From a bacterium (GTDB lineage: Bacteria; SAR324; NAC60-12), in the NCBI GenBank assembly GCA_965233585.1, contig CBDDTI010000729.1:72080-136079 (forward strand): 64,000 nucleotides of DNA. Reading direction: 5' to 3'. Numbering within the stretch: position 1 is the stretch's first letter; every line of letters begins with the position of its first letter. Shown here piece by piece: positions 1 to 10,181 of this stretch. A program made the position numbers and the translations under genes. Under the pieces are notes generated by a model that was given only the letters and a program-made list of their open reading frames with translations, was not told the DNA's origin and searched no databases.

Positions 1-653
1 GCAATCACTCTTTACCAGAGTCAAAACAATATCAAGGTTGGAGTTACTATCGTTATCAACCTCAAGTGTCTTTGGTTCATTGTAGGATAGGTTCATTTAA
101 TGCTTTAGCCTGTGCAGAAGCAATAATCCCAGCCTTGAATCCTAGCCATTGCCTGAATATTGGATTCTCTGGTTCCCATTCCAAAGATTTAGACATTGGT
201 CAGGTCGTCTTGGCAACCTCTACCATCGCATTTGACTATCACACCAAAACGGCACAAAACACTCTGGAAATAAGAAGTCAAGACGTCCAAAAAAACGGAC
301 AAACTCATCAACTGACTAACTTTGAATCAGATACCCATTTGGTCAAAGAACTACAAAAACAACTTTCTCACACACTTCACTTGACACAAGGGTTGATTGG
401 CAGCTCCAACCAATTCAATCGCAGTCTTGAGTTTATTCAACAAGTCAGAGACGTTTTTGGAACAGACTGCGAGGACATGGAAAGCGCTGCGATTGCCTAT
501 TCTGCATTCAGACACCACGTGCCCTTTGCCGCACTGCGTGTCATCTCCAACAATGAGCTTCAAGACAAAACTCAACAAGGGCGAGGCTTTGACCCGATGG
601 CTTTTCAAAGCCTCTCTCTTCTGGGAAAGGCTTTTACAAAGTGGACAATTTAG
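1..653 (+). CDS. MTA/SAH nucleosidase (PNP/UDP phosphorylase family), 5'-truncated by window
   Basis: Frame open from nt 3; motifs [25 protein letters not shown]. Confidence 0.8.
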   Translation, partial: NHSLPESKQYQGWSYYRYQPQVSLVHCRIGSFNALACAEAIIPALNPSHCLNIGFSGSHSKDLDIGQVVLATSTIAFDYHTKTAQNTLEIRSQDVQKNGQTHQLTNFESDTHLVKELQKQLSHTLHLTQGLIGSSNQFNRSLEFIQQVRDVFGTDCEDMESAAIAYSAFRHHVPFAALRVISNNELQDKTQQGRGFDPMAFQSLSLLGKAFTKWTI

Positions 654-1030
654 GGAAAGATTTTTGCCATTTTATCGCTCAACGTCTGGGCGTCAAATGG
701 CTTGACCACATAATTATTCACTCCAGCTTTGACAGCTGCAAGAATGTTTTCTTGCAAGGCTTCTGCTGTGACCATCAAGACAGGCATAGACTTCAATTCA
801 GGATCCGCTCGGATTTGCTTTAACAACTCTAGTCCCGTCATTTTGGGCATATTCCAATCGGTGATGACAAAGTCTATTTTTGTAGTTTTGAGTTTCACCA
901 TTGCCGTCGTGCCATCATCAGCTTCTACAACATTGTTGTAACCTAATTGACGCAAAATGTTCTTCACAATACGTCTCATGGTTGAAAAATCATCAACAAC
1001 CAAAATTTGCATATTTAAATCAGCAGGCAT
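650..1030 (-). CDS. cheY: Chemotaxis response regulator CheY
   Basis: [36 protein letters not shown]. Confidence 0.93.
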   Translation of the reverse strand: MPADLNMQILVVDDFSTMRRIVKNILRQLGYNNVVEADDGTTAMVKLKTTKIDFVITDWNMPKMTGLELLKQIRADPELKSMPVLMVTAEALQENILAAVKAGVNNYVVKPFDAQTLSDKMAKIFP

Positions 1031-1230
1031 TCCATTGACTCCATAAATAATAGGTAAAAGTTAAAATCCATGAACAGATAAAGTCATTTAAACCCTGTTG
1101 TTCATGCTTGTTTCTTCAATTTTTGTTCTGATTAGGACAATTTTTGACAACACAGTCCCTGCCTTTGCACAAATGAAAGACTTCTCATTAAAACGCTCAT
1201 ATTTGCTGGAGGGCATCAAAGTCATTTGCA

Positions 1231-1626
1231 TCAAAAGGTTTCGTGAAACACAGTCCACTCTAATTCTGCAAAATGGGTTGGCTGAGATCCAATAGCAGAT
1301 TGATTCTCTACAATCCTGACACCGGGTAAAAAAAGCGGATCAAAGGTGATTCCTTGCACAACAAGAATGAGTCCCACCCCATAGCCAATAATTCCTCCTA
1401 CACTTGCTCCTATCACGGCTTTTCTAAAAAGGGGGTCATCATCCAGAATCAAAGTTGAACCCACGACTGCCCCCCAAAGACTTCCAAGCACTGTATTCCA
1501 AAAAACTGAACGCATGGCAGGGGGTCTATTGGTAGAGCCTCTGAATAAATCTTCCACTTCAAAATTTTGAGCGTTCAAAGGAGACACTAACATCACAGAC
1601 AATAAAATGCAAATAACAATTCGCAC
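1231..1626 (-). CDS. Secreted/membrane protein with glycine-zipper hairpin
   Basis: Signal peptide, GxxxG repeats (GSLWGAVVG, GASVGGIIGYGVG), C-terminal Phe. Confidence 0.65.
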   Translation of the reverse strand: MRIVICILLSVMLVSPLNAQNFEVEDLFRGSTNRPPAMRSVFWNTVLGSLWGAVVGSTLILDDDPLFRKAVIGASVGGIIGYGVGLILVVQGITFDPLFLPGVRIVENQSAIGSQPTHFAELEWTVFHETF

Positions 1627-1629
1627 AGC

Positions 1630-2061
1630 TTAAAAATGATAACGAAATAAAGAAAGATTCCAACTTTGAGGAATGGTGACAAGATGGTTATCCCAATAGC
1701 TTTCTGGGGCATACACAAGAGGTAACGAGTGATGAGAGGACACAGCTGGACTTTTGGAAGGCGTAGAGGCATATTGGGGAATAATTGCAGAATTAGTGAG
1801 CAAAAATGCCCCCCCCACCATACCTACAAATGTACCAAAAGAAGCCCCTCCTTGCAGATGGACAGCTAACGGAGTAGGTTGACCAGGATCCATCAACCAC
1901 ACTAAAAAACCTGCACCCAAACCCGCAAAAGTTCCCCCAACAGTTGTGACAATCTCTACCTCCATCGCAAGATGACCAACTTCCTGAGCAAAAGGTATAT
2001 TCTTTGCTATAATAGTCAGAAGAAGCAACAGGGGGATAATTTTTCTCATCATTTCAATCAA
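1630..2061 (-). CDS. Secreted/membrane glycine-zipper protein
   Basis: Signal peptide, GGTFAGLGAG and GASFGTFVGMVGG, C-terminal Phe. Confidence 0.65.
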   Translation of the reverse strand: MIEMMRKIIPLLLLLTIIAKNIPFAQEVGHLAMEVEIVTTVGGTFAGLGAGFLVWLMDPGQPTPLAVHLQGGASFGTFVGMVGGAFLLTNSAIIPQYASTPSKSPAVSSHHSLPLVYAPESYWDNHLVTIPQSWNLSLFRYHF

Positions 2062-2124
2062 AGTTTAAAAAGGTTCAGCAAAAAAGTCTAACACAGCGAG
2101 TCAAAATAGCAACTTATTCCAAAA

Positions 2125-2787
2125 ATGAAACATTCTCACAACGTCAAAAGCCAGTTTTTACAAAGGTTTTGCCTGTTTTCCTCCTTGATTGTGTTGGCAT
2201 TTGCAGACGTCATGGCACAAACGTCTGACTCATTTTCTTCTGACCCTTTTATGCAAACTAACCCTTCTTCTGATGGAGACCCTTTTTTAGAACAAGACCC
2301 CTTCATGCAACAGTTCCCTGACTATGATGACAGTCAAAACTTCAACACTTTTGAACTTCCTCAACAACAAAACGACTTGCCTCAGGAAGAATCTGCTCCT
2401 GTTCCATCAGACAACAATGCCCCCCCAGCAGTTCGGGATAACCAATACATTGATGAGTCTGTCATTCCACAAGGATTTGAAGAAAGATTGCAGCAAGAAG
2501 CACAACAGCAAAACGTGATTCTGGGTGATGAAAGGCAAAATATGGTGCCTAATATCGCTTACGGTGTAGGAACAGGCTTTATTATTGGAAGCTGGTTGGC
2601 AACCTTGACTGCCAACACTAGAAGAGATACATTAGCCTCCATTGGTTCTGGGATTGTGTTGGGCGGATTGATTGGGGCATTGATTGGCTCTCGTGCAATT
2701 ATTTTACCCAATCCTAATATTCCAAGAGACCCTTCTTTCGGAAAAACTGAAAATTCCGTCATCTTTGTCTGGAACACTCAGTTTTAA
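2125..2787 (+). CDS. Secreted glycine-zipper protein with acidic Q/D/P-rich N-terminus
   Basis: Signal peptide, DPF repeats, GVGTGFIIG and GIVLGGLIGALIG, C-terminal Phe. Confidence 0.65.
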   Translation: MKHSHNVKSQFLQRFCLFSSLIVLAFADVMAQTSDSFSSDPFMQTNPSSDGDPFLEQDPFMQQFPDYDDSQNFNTFELPQQQNDLPQEESAPVPSDNNAPPAVRDNQYIDESVIPQGFEERLQQEAQQQNVILGDERQNMVPNIAYGVGTGFIIGSWLATLTANTRRDTLASIGSGIVLGGLIGALIGSRAIILPNPNIPRDPSFGKTENSVIFVWNTQF

Positions 2788-2849
2788 GACTTCCCCACCA
2801 CAAAGTCAAACAAACCGTCTTTTTTCAATCTTCCTTTAAAATCTACCGC

Positions 2850-4376
2850 CTAATAAACTTGCTTGTAGATGTTGCATTGTTCTTTGAGACTCTTGCCTTC
2901 CAAAAACTTTAATTCTCCTAACTTATGTTGATGATAGACCTCAACAAAATTAGGAGAAAACCAACTTTTGACATGCTCACTTTGCATCATTTTTTCCAAT
3001 GCTTCAGAAAGAGTGAAAGGCAGGTGTGTTAAACCTTTTTCCCGAAGCTGTGATTCTTTCAAAAGAGAAAGGTCATCTTGGTAGATTTTTGGTACAGAAA
3101 GGTTGTCTTCAATTCCTTGACAACCTGCATGCACGATGGCAGCTAATGCTAAATGTGGAGACGCTGTGGCATCTGCGATTGGCACTTCAAAATGAAACTG
3201 ATGAGCAGCGCTTTCAAGGGAGTTTTGAGAGGTAGGGCAAATTCTGACCGATGAACTTTCACTATAACCCAGATTATTGAAAGCACAACCCCAGCCACGA
3301 GGAATGTAATTTAAATGAGAAATAGCAGAAGGTGCAATGAAAGCCATAATCTGGGGCAGATAGTTGAGTAATCCTGCAACAAATTGCTCCGTTAGCTGCG
3401 ACATGTTGTAAGTCCTGTTTGGAGAATAAGCTAAAGGCTCATCTTCTTGACTAAGAAAACTCAAATGAATCTGTACACCATTGCCTGCTTGGTCTAAATC
3501 ACGGACGGGAGTGAACGTTGCCTGCGTGTCAAAAGAAGAGGCAACGGCATAGACTAATTCCCTAAAAATTGCTGCCGCATCTGCAATTTGTACCCCCTTA
3601 ACAGGCTTCATGGACATTTCATATTGATTCTCTCCCTGCTCTTTCAAAAACGAATAAGCTTCTACTCCTGTTTGTCGCATCGCATCAACAATCATTTCTC
3701 CCATCGCTTGCTGATGCCTAAAACCTCCGTATGTCAAATGACTGTGCAACAACGCCACTGCTCCTTTAATTTGAAACTGATGCGTCAAAGCACCATACAA
3801 CGTGGCTTCAGTTAATCGCTCAAACCGACTCATGGCTGATTGTAAGAGAGAACGAGTACAACACTCCCAAGTCCGTCCGTCCAAGTGATAAATGTTACTT
3901 AAAATCAGATGTTGAGAGTTGCTACGATTTCCGAAGTCAACGAAAGTGCGTGTGTCTAAATCTGGTATTAAAACTAACTCTTCACTGGAGTCATGGGAGT
4001 TTGTGGCAAGACTATTGAAACAAGTCAGATTGGCATTGGTTGCAGACCAGCTCACGCCACGTTTGAGACCTTCCATTTGCTGACTGAGACGTTTACCTGT
4101 TTTTTCTGCAAGCCCTTTTACACGTTCTAACGAATGCTTGACATGATTGAGAAACGTATAAACTCTGCCCAAGTCATCTTTCAAAGGGTCAACATTTTGA
4201 AGATGATACTGCTCTTGCAACAAATCTTGATAAAGTTTGACCAAATCATCTTGTTCTGTTTGAAGTAACTCCTTTTCATCACTCAATTCTTTGAGCTTAT
4301 TTTGCGGGAACGCCTTGCCTCTTAAACGTCCCGAAATGTCAGAAGTCGCCACAAAAATCAGTAGTTCTTTCGTCAT
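2850..4376 (-). CDS. Glutamine synthetase/gamma-glutamyl ligase family protein, degenerate, with coiled-coil insertion
   Basis: SDISGRLRGKAFP, WECCTR, NQYE, GNGVQIHLS, ADATASPHLALAA, LPFTLSEAL. Confidence 0.8.
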   Translation of the reverse strand: MTKELLIFVATSDISGRLRGKAFPQNKLKELSDEKELLQTEQDDLVKLYQDLLQEQYHLQNVDPLKDDLGRVYTFLNHVKHSLERVKGLAEKTGKRLSQQMEGLKRGVSWSATNANLTCFNSLATNSHDSSEELVLIPDLDTRTFVDFGNRSNSQHLILSNIYHLDGRTWECCTRSLLQSAMSRFERLTEATLYGALTHQFQIKGAVALLHSHLTYGGFRHQQAMGEMIVDAMRQTGVEAYSFLKEQGENQYEMSMKPVKGVQIADAAAIFRELVYAVASSFDTQATFTPVRDLDQAGNGVQIHLSFLSQEDEPLAYSPNRTYNMSQLTEQFVAGLLNYLPQIMAFIAPSAISHLNYIPRGWGCAFNNLGYSESSSVRICPTSQNSLESAAHQFHFEVPIADATASPHLALAAIVHAGCQGIEDNLSVPKIYQDDLSLLKESQLREKGLTHLPFTLSEALEKMMQSEHVKSWFSPNFVEVYHQHKLGELKFLEGKSLKEQCNIYKQVY

Positions 4377-4552
4377 GATTGATTCAAATTTTTTGATTGT
4401 TGAAATTGGTCTTTTTGACTCGTGACCTATACATTATGAAGAGTCACACAATACTCCTTTAGCAGAGATGTAGCAAACCCATTTTCAAAATCGTTTCCCA
4501 TTTGGTCTAAAGTTTGTTATGATTCTGGATTTAGCTTCTTACTCATAAGCTG

Positions 4553-5026
4553 ATGGAAACTACCTTACTTTTTGACACACTCAAGACCTCCAAACATTTG
4601 CAAGCTGCAGGCTTTGAACAAGAGCAAGCAGAGGCACTGACAGAAGAATTTAAATTTGTTGTAGAAAGCAACTTTGCGAAACTTTCAACCAAAGAACAAG
4701 TTTCTGCTTTAGAGACGAATCTCAATGAGAAACTGGAACAAAAAGCCACCAAAGAACAAGTCACTCACTTACAAGAACAACTGGAGCAAAAAGCCACCAA
4801 AGAACAAGTTTCTGCTTTAGAAATCAGCCTCAATGAAAAGCTTGAGAAGTTTGCTACCAAAGAAGATGTTCAAAATGAACTCAAAGAGGTCAAAGAAGAC
4901 ATCTATTTTTTAAAAGGAGACCAGAAGCTCCTTAAATGGATGGTCGGTTTTGGCATTTCTTTAAATCTGTTGACACTTGGAGTCGTGTTAGCTTTTTTGT
5001 TTACAGCTACCCTTACTCCTACTTAA
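4553..5026 (+). CDS. DUF1640/CCDC90-like coiled-coil membrane-anchored protein
   Basis: FDTLK...LQAAGFEQEQAEAL head, ATKEQV repeats, LKWMVG transmembrane tail. Confidence 0.8.
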   Translation: METTLLFDTLKTSKHLQAAGFEQEQAEALTEEFKFVVESNFAKLSTKEQVSALETNLNEKLEQKATKEQVTHLQEQLEQKATKEQVSALEISLNEKLEKFATKEDVQNELKEVKEDIYFLKGDQKLLKWMVGFGISLNLLTLGVVLAFLFTATLTPT

Positions 5027-5150
5027 AACCCTGCCGCCTATTGCTGACAGCTCTTCCATTTTTTCACACCCCTTCAGTAAAGGTCAACAAACCAAAGGCT
5101 TTTTGCTGGCAAATTCAAAAGAATTTGACGGGGTAGTTAGGAAAAAAAGA

Positions 5151-5237
5151 GAGATTGCGGGTCAAGCCCGCAATGACAAGGAAACGCAGGAATGACAAGT
5201 GAGAAAAAACAGAGATTGCGGGTCAGGGTTCAATGAC
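5151..5237. repeat. REP/RPE-like palindromic repeats (GAGATTGCGGGTCAAGCCCGCAATGAC family)
   Basis: Copies at 5151-5177 and 5212-5237; the second overlaps the stop of the next gene. Confidence 0.8.
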
Positions 5238-5930
5238 TTTAATTTGGTCTGCTTCAGGTTGCAGAAGGTAAACTCCTTTGGCTTTGGCATGAGAGATGAA
5301 ACGTTCTGGAATGCTTTGACAGGCAAGCCCCAGATGAATTTGAAAATCCTGATATTGTGGAAAAACAACAGGGAACGTCTCTTTGTGCCTGAACACTTGG
5401 TCAAAGTCATCAAGACGAAGTTTGTGCTTCACTTCTACAATGAAGATGTGAGAGGAATTGTAAAAAACAACATCATACTGCCCAATGACTTTTTTATCGC
5501 TTCTTCCCTTCACATTTTTATCTACAGAATCATAAGCAACTCCACCAATCATGATGAATCCTTTTTCTTCTATTTCTCTTTGACCAGTACGATAGTAAGC
5601 GTCTTCCTGTATGTCGCTTTCTACCGTGATGTAACTTTCTAGCTTTTTGTTGCTTTCTTTTCTCAAGCGCCTTTCTTCCTTCATTTCTTTCTCCCAAGCG
5701 GCATTGGACTCTTGCATCTGCTTCTCCCAAGCGGCATTGCGTTCTTCTTGCTTTTTAGTCAGTTCTGCTAACTGCTTGCTGTTTTCTTCTTGTTGTTTTG
5801 TTAGCTCTGCTAACTGCTTGTCCGTCTTTTCTTGACGTTTGGCAACAGCATTGACTGTGTCATTGGCTTCTTTAGCGATGACACTGGCTTCTGCCAAGAT
5901 TTTTTCTATCCTATCTAAACGTTCTGACAT
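5223..5930 (-). CDS. Coiled-coil protein with C-terminal PD-(D/E)XK-like domain (DUF3782-like)
   Basis: KQLAELTK and NAAWEK repeats followed by QYDVV...IVEVKHK. Confidence 0.7.
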   Translation of the reverse strand: MSERLDRIEKILAEASVIAKEANDTVNAVAKRQEKTDKQLAELTKQQEENSKQLAELTKKQEERNAAWEKQMQESNAAWEKEMKEERRLRKESNKKLESYITVESDIQEDAYYRTGQREIEEKGFIMIGGVAYDSVDKNVKGRSDKKVIGQYDVVFYNSSHIFIVEVKHKLRLDDFDQVFRHKETFPVVFPQYQDFQIHLGLACQSIPERFISHAKAKGVYLLQPEADQIKVIEP

Positions 5931-5994
5931 CTTTACCTTTCAATTTAAAATTCAAAAAACTTGAGTATAGCATTTTTTGACAAAAGAAAAAAAC

Positions 5995-6249
5995 AGATTG
6001 CGGGTCAAGCCCGCAATGACGAATGGTCAAGGTGAGCAATGACCAAAAAACAAGCCCACAGGTGAGAAAGTGAGGAATGGGAAAAAGAGAAAGATTGCGG
6101 GTCAAGGTGAGCAATGACTTAAGCACAAGCCCGCAATGACAGTTCTGAAGATGAGTAAATTCCTCTGTCATTCCGTGCTTGATACGGAATCTCAAAAAAT
6201 AAGAGTTGTTTGGGAAAAAGAGAGATTGCGGGTCAAGGTGAGCAATGAC
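5995..6249. repeat. Cluster of REP/RPE-like palindromes
   Basis: GATTGCGGGTCAAGCCCGCAATGAC, GATTGCGGGTCAAGGTGAGCAATGAC (x2) and GTCATTCCGTGCTTGATACGGAATCTC. Confidence 0.8.
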
Positions 6250-6327
6250 GCAGGTGACGAAAAGGGAGCAGAACGCCCCCTTTTTTTAAACAAATGAGAG
6301 GTAGGAAGGAAAAAGAAACGAAAACGT

Positions 6328-7575
6328 TTAAGCACGTTCTGGAATCTTCACAAAACAAAGATAGTAAAAAGGTCTGGCAGACCTTTGCCCCACTGGGACA
6401 CTAAGAGGAGTTGTGTTACCATCAGCGGATGCCTTGAGATAGTAAAAAGATACGCCAGCATTACTATTAATAATATAGTAGCTATCGGAGCTGAAAATGG
6501 TTCTGGCAAATGCTCTGTCAGTTTGGTTAGTGTTAGTAAGATTCCTGAATTGTTTGTTATCTGTTGCCTTGTAGTTGATAGACCGACATTCACTGCTGCT
6601 ATAGCTTGGCGCTGTATTACCTTTACTGATGTAATACCAAAGCTCTCCATCTTTTTCTAAGTGGAATTGATTGTTTAGCACTTTAGGTCTTGACCCTACA
6701 TCAAAGCCTGTGACGTGTGCAGCAGTGTTGTGATTGGCATTGTTAGTGGTGAAGGAAACGGGGTTGCCAGAGCGATTGAAGGCAGAAGCTCCACTTGCTG
6801 TCTTGACTGCCACTTTGTAGGTTTTGTTCAAGTCCCAAGTCTGTTTGGGAATGATGACATGATTGGTGTTGTCACCTTTCTGAACATGCACTTTTTCACA
6901 ATTTAGGAAATCATCTGATGACACAAGCAGGGCATTCAAAGGGGCATCTTGACAAGATGTCTTGTCATTGGAAACTAGGGTTTGAGAAGTGTCTAGTCTC
7001 ATCACCGAACGACCGTAGGCTTTGCCTGATGTGTCTTGCATTTTAGTAAAAGCAGTTGCCGTAACAGCAACACCCAACGTCAATGCCTTTGGGGTGGATG
7101 GCATCAAACTCCCTCTGACCACTGTAAAATCCCAGTTTGATTTTTTTCTCAAGATTTTGAATTGCAGTTGCCCTGTGCCTGCTGTGACTCCTGTCAACTT
7201 CAGCTTGGCTTGAAATTCTTTTTTTCTAGGTAAAATGTAAGACAACTTTCCGCTTTGTCCAACTGTTTCTTTTGCTCCAACGACCAGCTTCAAAGAAGCT
7301 AAGCTTTCATCGTAAGTGATGTTTAACTTTTTACCTTGATAAATTGTTGATGCGGTGCAGGTGAGTTTGGCAACTAATTCTTGACCTGTTGTGACAGAAC
7401 TGTTTGAGTTCACCTTGCACTTGACGTCGTTGGAGGCTTCATTTCCTTCTTCATTTTCTTCAGCAGGAGGTGTGCAACTCGCTAAGGCAAGAAGTGTCAA
7501 AAAAATCATTATTTTGTCATAAAAAGACCTTCTCCTAACAGAAGGGTTTTGATTTGATTTGAGTTGTTCTAACAT
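6328..7575 (-). CDS. Surface lipoprotein with Ig-like domain
   Basis: Lipobox LASC; C...LLVSSDDFLNC...IIPKQTW segment shared with the protein at 61384. Confidence 0.7.
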   Translation of the reverse strand: MLEQLKSNQNPSVRRRSFYDKIMIFLTLLALASCTPPAEENEEGNEASNDVKCKVNSNSSVTTGQELVAKLTCTASTIYQGKKLNITYDESLASLKLVVGAKETVGQSGKLSYILPRKKEFQAKLKLTGVTAGTGQLQFKILRKKSNWDFTVVRGSLMPSTPKALTLGVAVTATAFTKMQDTSGKAYGRSVMRLDTSQTLVSNDKTSCQDAPLNALLVSSDDFLNCEKVHVQKGDNTNHVIIPKQTWDLNKTYKVAVKTASGASAFNRSGNPVSFTTNNANHNTAAHVTGFDVGSRPKVLNNQFHLEKDGELWYYISKGNTAPSYSSSECRSINYKATDNKQFRNLTNTNQTDRAFARTIFSSDSYYIINSNAGVSFYYLKASADGNTTPLSVPVGQRSARPFYYLCFVKIPERA

Positions 7576-7701
7576 AAAAAACTCCTAAATAATGGTTAAG
7601 TGAGAATGAAAAAAAAGAAATAAAAGGAACTGAGGATTCTAGCAGATCTTGAAAAACAAATGCAACTTTAAAGATTGAAAATTTTATTTTGTGTAGGAAT
7701 G

Positions 7702-8526
7702 TTATCTTGTATAGTTTTGGTTTAAGAGAAACTTTAAATCTTGAGTGCCAAGGGGAATGGTCTTTGGGGAGCGTCCAATGATTTCGCCTTTGGCAGATTG
7801 AAAAGGTTGGTTGTTTTTATCGGTTACAATTCTCAAAGAATACTCACCTTGAAGAATTTGGTTAGGCATGGCGTGTTCTTGACCAATTTGGAACTTTTGA
7901 GGGAATCCTGTGTAAGCGATTTTTCTAAAAGCAACAGGTCTGCCTTGCTTGGGGTCAAAAAGAAAAATCACAAGTTGGTCTCCCTGTTCAGTGAGGTTTT
8001 TCAATTCAGGCGTCACATCAACAACGCCTTGAATGCTGGTGGTTGGGTCAACAGGGGGTGCATTAGCTTGTAAGACTTCTTGCGGAAGTTGCCTAAAATC
8101 TTTGGACAAGACGTAGTTGACGCCCTCTGTGCCTAGTGCGATGGGCTGGCTTAACTCCCCAATGAGTTCACCGATTGCAGGGTTTTCAGGTATGCCATCT
8201 TTGTCGGTTAAAACTAGCAAACGATAGCTGCCAGCCAACGTGCCTCTCAACGCATCTTCTTGACCCACTTGAAAGGCAATCGGGGGGACAAAGGTTGTGA
8301 TTTTTCTCACTGCGGCAAGTTTCAAAGTGTTTGCCTCATACAAAATTGCATAGCCATTGTCGGTCTTGACCAATGCCTGCCCTACCATCGGTGCAAGGGA
8401 CACTCTGCCGCTGATGGCAGTTTCTAACTTCGCCTCCTCTCGCCTCAATTCATTCCAAAAAGCTGTGCCTAGTAGCGCAGAAAACAAGACGATTGATGCC
8501 AATAAAATCCAACGATTCGCTTTCAT
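7702..8526 (-). CDS. Membrane-anchored protein with two tandem beta domains resembling the CcmI/CycH C-terminal domain
   Basis: N-terminal TM; internal duplication ISGRV/IQGVV ... FQVGQED/FQIGQEH ... TDKDG/TDKNN ... LGT; ATG at 8526 preferred. Confidence 0.6.
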   Translation of the reverse strand: MKANRWILLASIVLFSALLGTAFWNELRREEAKLETAISGRVSLAPMVGQALVKTDNGYAILYEANTLKLAAVRKITTFVPPIAFQVGQEDALRGTLAGSYRLLVLTDKDGIPENPAIGELIGELSQPIALGTEGVNYVLSKDFRQLPQEVLQANAPPVDPTTSIQGVVDVTPELKNLTEQGDQLVIFLFDPKQGRPVAFRKIAYTGFPQKFQIGQEHAMPNQILQGEYSLRIVTDKNNQPFQSAKGEIIGRSPKTIPLGTQDLKFLLNQNYTR

Positions 8527-8591
8527 AGTTTGATGGTATGGCTCAAAGTGGGGATTGATTTGCTTGCATTGTGGCAAGGTAGGTGAGAAGG

Positions 8592-10106
8592 CTAAATAAG
8601 GCTTTCCATTTGTGGAGAAGACAGTAACTCGGTGTATCCTCTGAGGAAAATGTCAATTTGCCTTGCCGCTTCTCGTCCCTCCCAGATTGCCCAAACGACA
8701 AGAGAAGCTCCCCGTCTGGCATCGCCTGCAACAAAGACACCTTCTTCGCTTGTCATAAAATGATGGTCTTTGAGAGAGAACATGACGTCTCGTTGCTCCA
8801 GCATCTGTGCAATGGCTCTGGGGTCTTGGACTTCATTTGAGCCACGCATGGTCAGTTGCAACCCAAGTTCTGCAACAGGACCTTGCACTTGGGGTCCCAA
8901 AAACCCTGTGGCAAGTAAGATCATGTCAGTTTCTATGAGGAACTCAGAATCGGGGACTTTTTGCATGGTCATTCGTCCATTTTCTTGCTTCCACTGGACT
9001 TTTGAGGCTTTGAGTTGCTTGACATTGCCGTTGCCATCACTGATGACTTCTTCAGTCATGGTATTGGCTCGGCAGTCTGTTTCTATTTCTTGATGCGCTG
9101 GTGTTGGTCGTGGTGCCATGTTGACAATCTCAAATTGCCTGACCAACTTTCTGCCCCCTTGCCTTGTGATAGTGCCAAGACAATCTGCCGCCGTGAAACC
9201 TCCTCCCAAGATGAGACAACGTTTGTTGGTTGCTTGAATCCTTGTTTGTTCAGGAATGACATCACCCGCGTTGATTTGATTTTGTTGTGGTAGAAAATCC
9301 ATTGCATAATGGACTCCATTGAGTTCTGCACCTTGCACACGTAGCTTGCGTGCATGCCCTGCACCAATGGCAAGCAAGATAGCATCGTGGTCTTTTTTGA
9401 GTTCTGCCATGCTGATTTGTTTGCCTACTTCCACGTTGGTGTGAAAGATGACGCCCTCTTCTTCCATCTGTGCTTGACGCCTTTCTAGCACTATTTTGTC
9501 TAGCTTAAAATCTGGAATGCCATACCTTGTGAGTCCTCCAATGCGGCTACTTTTTTCAAAAACATGCACCTCATGCCCGACCCGCCTCAGCTGTTGAGCT
9601 GCTGCCATGCCTGCAGGTCCTGACCCTACTACTGCAACATATTTGCCTGTCAAATGCTTGGGTTTTTCTGGCACAATCCAGCCATTATCCCAAGCACGTT
9701 CTGTGATGTGTTTTTCAATTTGCTCAATCGTCACGGAGTGTTTGCGTGTGAGTCGTTCTGCAGGGTCAGTGGTGTAATAAGCATTGAGAACACAAGCGTC
9801 TTCACAAGGTGCGGGACAAATTCTGCCTGTCATGTCAGGGAAGTTATTAGTTTTGTGAAGTTGGTATGATGCTTCCTTCCAGTTTCCACGATAGACAAGG
9901 TCATTCCAATTTGGAATCAAATTGCCAAGGGGACAACCTGTATGACAAAAAGGAATGCCACAGTCCATGCACCTTGCTGCTTGTTCGCGAATTTTACCCT
10001 CATTATGAAAGGTTTCATATTCTCGGTAGTCCTGAATCCGTTCCCTCACATCTCTATATGCTGGGGATTCTTTTTCAAAATCTAAAAAACCTGTGTCTTT
10101 ACCCAT
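8592..10106 (-). CDS. gltD: Glutamate synthase small subunit
   Basis: ARCMDCGIPFC, GRICPAPCE, GSGPAG, GDARRGASLVVWAI. Confidence 0.95.
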   Translation of the reverse strand: MGKDTGFLDFEKESPAYRDVRERIQDYREYETFHNEGKIREQAARCMDCGIPFCHTGCPLGNLIPNWNDLVYRGNWKEASYQLHKTNNFPDMTGRICPAPCEDACVLNAYYTTDPAERLTRKHSVTIEQIEKHITERAWDNGWIVPEKPKHLTGKYVAVVGSGPAGMAAAQQLRRVGHEVHVFEKSSRIGGLTRYGIPDFKLDKIVLERRQAQMEEEGVIFHTNVEVGKQISMAELKKDHDAILLAIGAGHARKLRVQGAELNGVHYAMDFLPQQNQINAGDVIPEQTRIQATNKRCLILGGGFTAADCLGTITRQGGRKLVRQFEIVNMAPRPTPAHQEIETDCRANTMTEEVISDGNGNVKQLKASKVQWKQENGRMTMQKVPDSEFLIETDMILLATGFLGPQVQGPVAELGLQLTMRGSNEVQDPRAIAQMLEQRDVMFSLKDHHFMTSEEGVFVAGDARRGASLVVWAIWEGREAARQIDIFLRGYTELLSSPQMESLI

Positions 10107-10181
10107 TTTTGATTTTTAATCTTTGAAGTCTGAATTGATGAATTGATAAGAGGTGCTGAATTTTTTTGTAAAAATGTTGAT

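Noticed and set aside
5911..6195. ORFs over palindrome clusters (also 5162-5413, 31176-31604)
   Set aside because: Translations such as RHCGLDPQS and HSVLDTES are just the repeat read in frame.
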